Source: an uncultured archaeon (GTDB lineage Archaea; Iainarchaeota; Iainarchaeia; Iainarchaeales; DATDZZ01). From it: 8,042 nucleotides of DNA. Numbering within the stretch: position 1 is the first letter of the stretch; each line of letters begins with the position of its first letter. The DNA is taken from the NCBI GenBank assembly GCA_964373795.1, contig CAYJVY010000012.1:27728-35769 (forward strand), read 5' to 3'. Shown here one piece after another: positions 1 to 6,000 of the stretch. The notes under the pieces are model-generated. The model was not told the origin of the DNA and ran no database searches. It was given only the letters and a program-made list of their open reading frames with translations. The translations under genes were made by a program, and so were the position numbers.

Positions 1-20
1 GTTCAAGGGAAATTTGCTTT

Positions 21-64
21 GAAAGCATTTAAAAAAGGGAAAAAATAAAAGTTTTGTAGGGGAG
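21..64 (+). promoter_or_regulatory. Candidate archaeal BRE/TATA element and SD-like sequence upstream of mcm
   Basis: Purine-rich GAAAGC (21-26) is followed by ATTTAAAAAA (27-36), resembling BRE plus TATA box. GGGGAG at 59-64 lies 3 nt upstream of the TTG start. Spacing implies a very short leader. This rests on motif resemblance only. Confidence 0.3.
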
Positions 65-67
65 AAC

Positions 68-3000
68 TTGGAATTAAATTTAAATTCAATTGAGAGAGAG
101 GAAAAAGAAAATCCTTTCATTTCAAAGTTTGAACAGTTTTTTCATTTACGTTATAAAAAAGAAATTGAAAAACTTGCTTCGACTTATCCTGAAAAAAAAT
201 CTTTAAATATTGATTTCAATGAATTGGAAAGGTTTGATTTTGAATTAGCTGAGGAATTAATTTCAAATCCAGATTATTTAATTGATGCAGCGAAAGAAGC
301 AGTTAAATCAATTGATATTCCAAACCTTGGATTAGAGATAGAGTTTACTCCAAATATTCGTTTTTATAATTTGCCCAAAGACAGGGAAGTATTGCTTAGA
401 AATATTGGTTCAGAGCATTTAGGAAAACTAATTTCAGTTGAAGGAGTTATAAGGCAAATAACTGATGTATTGCCAAAATTGAAATTAGCTGTATGGGAGT
501 GCACTAAATGTGGCAACACTTATAAAATAAGTCAAGAAGGCCAGTCAATTAAAAAGCCTTCAATTTGTGAATGTAAAAACAAGGAATTTGATTTACTTGA
601 AGATAAATCTTTTTTTATTGATTATCAAAAAATTCAAATTCAAGAACCATTAGAAAAACTTAGAGGCCATGAACAACCAACTACTTTAAACATTTATGTT
701 TCAGATGACTTAGTAAACAAGGTTTCAGCTGGAGACAAAACAAGATTTGTAGGAGTTATTCGTTTACTTGTTCCAAGAGAAAGAAAAGTTGTTTATGGAA
801 GATTTTTAGAAGCAATTCATTTAGATGAAACTGAAAAAGAATTCAGTGAAGTAGAGGTTTCAAAAGAAGAAGAAGAACAAATAAAAGAATTATCTAAAAA
901 TCCTCAAATATATGACATTTTAGTTCAATCCATTGCTCCAAACATTTACGGACATGAAATAGTGAAAGAAGCAATTGCATTACAATTATTTGGAGGAGTA
1001 AAAAAATTACTTCCAAATAATACATCCATTAGAGGAAATATTCACTTACTAATTGTAGGAGATCCTGGAATGGCTAAATGCGTTAGTGGAGACACAAGAA
1101 TTTTATTAGAAGATGGAACTCAAACACGAATTGATCAATTTGTTGAAGAAAATTTACAAAAAAACCAGCAATTTAATTTAGAAGACGGAGTATACAGCAA
1201 CATCAACCAATTCATTCCAACAATAAATTTGGATGGAAAAATAAGTGAACAAAAAGCTTTAAGAGTTTATAAAAGAAAAGCTCCAAAAATGTATGAAATA
1301 AAAACAAGCACTGGAAAAAAAATAAAAGGAACGTACACTCATCCATTGTTTAGTTGTGAAAACGGAAAAGTTAAAGCTGTAAAAATAAGCAATTTAAAAA
1401 AAGGAGATTTTATAGCTATTCCAAGAAATATTAAAATAAATCCGGCAGAAATTTTGTTAAACAATGAAATAATTAAAGGAAAAACAAATGCTGCTCAGAT
1501 TAACTTGCCTTTAAAAGTATCAAAAGAACTCGCCAGGATATTAGCATATATTGCATCAGAAAGCCATATTTTTGATAAAACTAACAGCAAGTATGTTTCA
1601 TTCACCAATGTAGACAAAGAATTACTTGAAGACTTTTTTACTTGTGTTAAAAAAATATTTAACTTAAATCCAAAAATAAAAAAAAGAGAAAAAATAACTA
1701 CAATAAAGTTACACAGCACTGAATTGCATAATTTTTTAAAGCTAAATGCAAAAGAAGTGCTTGGAAAATCTAGAGATAAAAAAATTCCGGCAATAATAAT
1801 GAATTCAAATGATAACGTTGTAAAGGAATTTTTAAAAGCATTTATTAATGCAGAAGGATCAATAAGAAAAGATGAAAGAGGAATTGCAATAGTTTCTGCA
1901 AGCGAAGAACTATTAGAACAACTTCAAACACTATTGTTGAGATTTGGAATTGTAAGTTCAAAAAAAGCCATATGGAATGTAGCTACAAATACTATCAAAA
2001 AAGAAAAAAGAAAATATTATAGAATAAGATTTGCTGGACAATTTGCAATTGATTTCATAAACAAAATTGGATTTATAACTAAAAGAAAACAAGAAAAAGC
2101 AAAAAAAATAATTTTATCAAACAAAAAAACTAATTCAAACATTGATGTGATTCCAAATCTGAACGCATTATTAAAAGAAATTAGAATTAATTTAGGAATA
2201 AGCCAATTTAAAACAGGAATTGCTAGAACTTCTTTTCAACACTATGAAAGAGGAGATAGACTTCCAAGTAAAAAACAGTTAGGAAAAATTGTTTCAACTT
2301 TTTTAAAAGAATATGAACAAAAAAATTTATTTGACAAAAATCTTGAAAAAAAATTGCTGGATTTATTTAAGCTTTGGAAATCAGATATTTTTTGGGATAA
2401 AATAGAAGAAGTAAAAGAAATACCTTCAGATGAATGGGTTTACGATATAGAAGTAGAAAATAGCCATATTTTTATAACAAATAACATGTTTTCACATAAT
2501 TCCGCGCTTCTACAAGCAACAAATGAAATTGCTCCAAAATCAATTTATGTTGCAGGAAAAACTTCCTCCGGAGTTGGATTATGCGTAGCACCTGATTCAT
2601 TAATACTCAATGATAATGGTTTCAAAGAAATTAAAGAATTTGTTGAAGAAAACTTTGATAAAACAAAATCAAAAGAAGAAATATCGAATGCTTTTTCAAA
2701 TGATTTCTGTGGAAAGGCTCCAACACTTGAAAACAATTTAAAAGTAACAAATTCAGAAATATACAAAATTTGGAAAATAAAAGCTCCGGAAAGAATGATT
2801 AAGATAAGAACAATGTCTGGAAAAGAACTTGATTTAACTCCAAATACTTCTCTTGTTAGGATAAAAAATGATTCAATTGAGTGGATTAAGGCTTCAGAAA
2901 TTACAGAAAATGATTTTATTGCTTCATCTAGAATCTTGCCTGAAGGTGAAGTAAAAAACTATCCAACAATTAAAGTGTTATATGGAAATAAAAATATTAG

Positions 3001-6000
3001 AATAAGAGACAATGTTTTTACAATCTTTAAAGAAATAACTGACAAACTATTAAAAAAATATAAGTCAGTTAAAGAAATAGCAAAAAAACTTGGTATATCC
3101 AGAGAAAGAATTTATCTTTGGCGAACAAAAAACTATTCAAGTGGCATTCCTTTACATGCCTTTGTTTCACTTGGCTTGGAAGCAGGATACTCATTTGAAG
3201 AATTATCAAACCATGTTACAAAAATATTTTTGAGTTATGGAAAAAATGTAAAAATCCCTAGATATATTGATGATGAAGAAATAGCTTATCTTGCAGGATT
3301 GGTTTTAGGAGATGGAAGTATCTATCTTACAAAACGTTCTGCATCAATAAGGGTTTTCAACCAATCAGAAGAAATTTTGAAAAAAGTTGACAGCATAGTT
3401 GAAAAAACAATTGGAGCAAAAACAGAAAAAATAAGTGATGGAGTAAGAGTTCCAAATAGAAGAATTGCTTCAATACCTTTATACACAATATTAAACGCTT
3501 ATGGAATAGTTAAAGAAAAAAACAAAATCAGGATTTCATGTATTGCATCAGAGTTTTCAAACAAAGTTGTTTCAAAAATATTGCAAGGATTATTTGATAC
3601 TGATGGCTATACTGCTAAAACAAAAAAAGGTTCTCCACACATTGGTTTGAGAACAATAAGTAAAGATTTAGCAAAAACTGTGCTACTTTGCCTGCTAAAA
3701 TTTGGAATACATACAAAACTTAGGCTAAGAAAAGTAGCAGGAAGAATATCTATAGGAAAAAAAATAACTGTAAAAAGCAACAACAATCAATGGATTGTAG
3801 AGATTAGAGGAAAAGAAAACCTTGAAAAATTTGAAGAAAAAATAGGTTTCAACCTTCAAAGAAAAAGTAATTCATTAAGAGAAATAATTTCAGCCATATC
3901 GAAATCCAATACTAATATTGATGTTGTGCCACAAATAAAAGAAACATTAAAAGAACTATCAAAAACAGGTTATGCTATAAATTCTACAAAAAATATTTCA
4001 AGAAATAAATTGATTGAATTAGTAAAAAAACAAAAAACAAAAAATAATTTCTTAAAAAATTTATCTGATTCAGATATTTTTTGGGAAAAAGTTACAGAAA
4101 AGACAGAATTCAAACCAGAATATGATTTTGTATACGATTTCTCTGTCAAAGAAAGCCACAACTTTATTGCAAACGGAATATTTGTTCATAACACGGCTTC
4201 AGCAGTTAAAGATGATTTTGGTGAAGGAGGTTGGACTTTAAAAGCAGGAGCACTTGTTTTAGCTTCTGGAGGACTAGCCTTAGTTGATGAATTTGATAAA
4301 ATGGAGTGCTTGACTAGCGATGCATTAATTACTTTAGAAGATGGAACATTAAAACCATTAAAGGAATTATTTATAGAATCTACTTTAGAAAATGAAGTTG
4401 AAAATACAGTTAAAGGAAAAAGTGTGAAATCTTTAGAGAATTTCAGAGTTTTAAGCATGGATGAAAATGGAAAAATTATTGGAAAAAAATTGTTAAAAGT
4501 TCATGAATTTCCTTATTCAGGTAAATTGCTTAAAATAACTCTTGAAAGTGGTGAAACGCTAAAGGTTACTCCAAATCATCCGTTTTTTTGCTTGAATGAA
4601 AAAAGTGAAATTAAAACAATTAAAGCTGGTTTTTTAAGGAAAGGAATTTTCTTAACCTTGCCCAGAATAATTAATACTTTTTCTAGTCAAAAAATAAGTA
4701 ATGAATTAGCTAGAGTTTATGGTTATCTTGCTGGAGACGGAAATGTTTCTTGGAATCCAAATGAAAATTATTTTATTCGTTTTACAAATAAAGAAACAGA
4801 TTTAATAGAAGATTTCAATGAATGCATTCACAAAATAGGGTTTGAATCAAAGTTTTTTCCAAGTGATTCTAAAGAAAATGGAGTCATAACGCAGAGAGTT
4901 AATGGAAAAAAACTTGTTGAAGAAATTCAATTTAATGCACCTGGATTAATTGAAAAATATAGTAACAAGTATTCTCCAACAGATTTAGTGACTTCACCAA
5001 GCACTTCAAGCAATTATCTTAAAGGGTTATTTGATTCAGAAGGATTTGTAGATATAAAAAACAAGCAAATAAGTTTTTCTTCCACCAGCGAAAGATTAAC
5101 AATTGAAGTAAAGTCATTGCTTCTAAGATTTGGCATTCTAAGTCAAATTAGAGTTAGAAAAGCTGAACAAAATAGAAAAAAAAGCTTTATACTTAGAATA
5201 ACTAACCAAGATTCTATTCAAAAATTTTCTACTTTTATTTCTTTTACTCATAACAGGAAAAGAAAAAAATTGGAAGAAATATTGCAAAAAGAAAAATGTA
5301 ATAGAACTATAATAAATGTCATTCCAAATATTGGGGATTTATTAAAAGAAATTAGAATCAATTTAAAACTAAAACAAAGCGAGTGCGGACTAATTAAATC
5401 AACTTACAATAATTTTGAAAACAATGTTGCAAACATTTCAATTGAAAAAGCTGCACTAGTTCTTGAAAAATTTAAAGAAGCATCTTTAAAGCATGAAAAT
5501 GAATTAGTTAAAGAAAAAATAAAAACACTTGAAACATTAATTGATTCAGATCTTGTGTGGAGAAAAGTAAAAAAAATAGAAATAACAGAAACTAGTGAAG
5601 CAAAAGAATTGAATCATAAAATGATTAACGAACTAAATAAAGTTTTAGACATGTTAAGAGTAAATGAAAAAATAACTAAAAAAACTAGTTTTCAAGAATT
5701 GAAAAACATAGTCCAAAAAATTGAAAGAAAAATAAGTGAAATTGAAAAATGTAAAGAAAATAGTTTTGAAACATTAACTCCTTTATTAAATGAAATAAAG
5801 TTATTCAATATTAGTGAACAAGAAATAGCTTTAAAGCTTGAAGTAAATCAATCCACAATTCACAGATGGCTGAATAAAGAAGTAAAAACAGAAAAGTTAG
5901 AAGAAAAAATATCTGATGCATTCTATAAGATTTTGAATTCAATTGATTTAAATAAAGTAAATAAAGTTATTAAAAAAACAAAACTATATTTAGAGAAAGA

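Larger units (their letters stand above)
1079..2500 (+). mobile_element. Intein 1 (474 aa) inserted in the MCM Walker A P-loop (GDPGMAK / S); class 1 intein with LAGLIDADG endonuclease
   Basis: Begins with Cys (TGC 1079-1081) directly after GDPGMAK, in block A CVSGDTRILLEDG. Block B is GKKIKGTYTHPLF (TxxH present). Blocks F/G are VYDIEVENSHIFITNNMFSHN, ending His-Asn (AAT 2498-2500) with +1 Ser (TCC 2501-2503). Excision restores the GDPGxxKS P-loop. Confidence 0.92.
2582..4192 (+). mobile_element. Intein 2 (537 aa) inserted between GL and TA of the MCM segment GKTSSGVGL / TASAV; LAGLIDADG endonuclease; atypical block B
   Basis: Begins with Cys (TGC 2582-2584) in block A CVAPDSLILNDNG. Block B aligns as GKELDLTPNTSLV, with Thr where the conserved His is expected. 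Blocks F/G are VYDFSVKESHNFIANGIFVHN, ending His-Asn (AAC 4190-4192) with +1 Thr (ACG 4193-4195). Excision restores the conserved MCM ...SSxxGLTA... segment. Confidence 0.9.

Noticed and set aside
2095-2130. Long A-runs (A8-A9) within the coding sequence, here and at many other sites, as possible programmed slippage or phase-variation tracts
   Set aside because: They are spread throughout and are explained by Lys (AAA) richness in an extremely AT-rich genome. The frame stays open across all of them, and nothing suggests alternative-frame products.
1340-4590. A Cys shortly after the block B His in intein 1 (THPLFSC, about nt 1337-1357) and intein 3 (NHPFFC, about nt 4574-4591), as a possible redox disulfide trap with the catalytic Cys1
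   Set aside because: Proximity to Cys1 cannot be judged from sequence alone, and the position is not one I know to form regulatory disulfides in characterised inteins. It is too speculative without a structural model.
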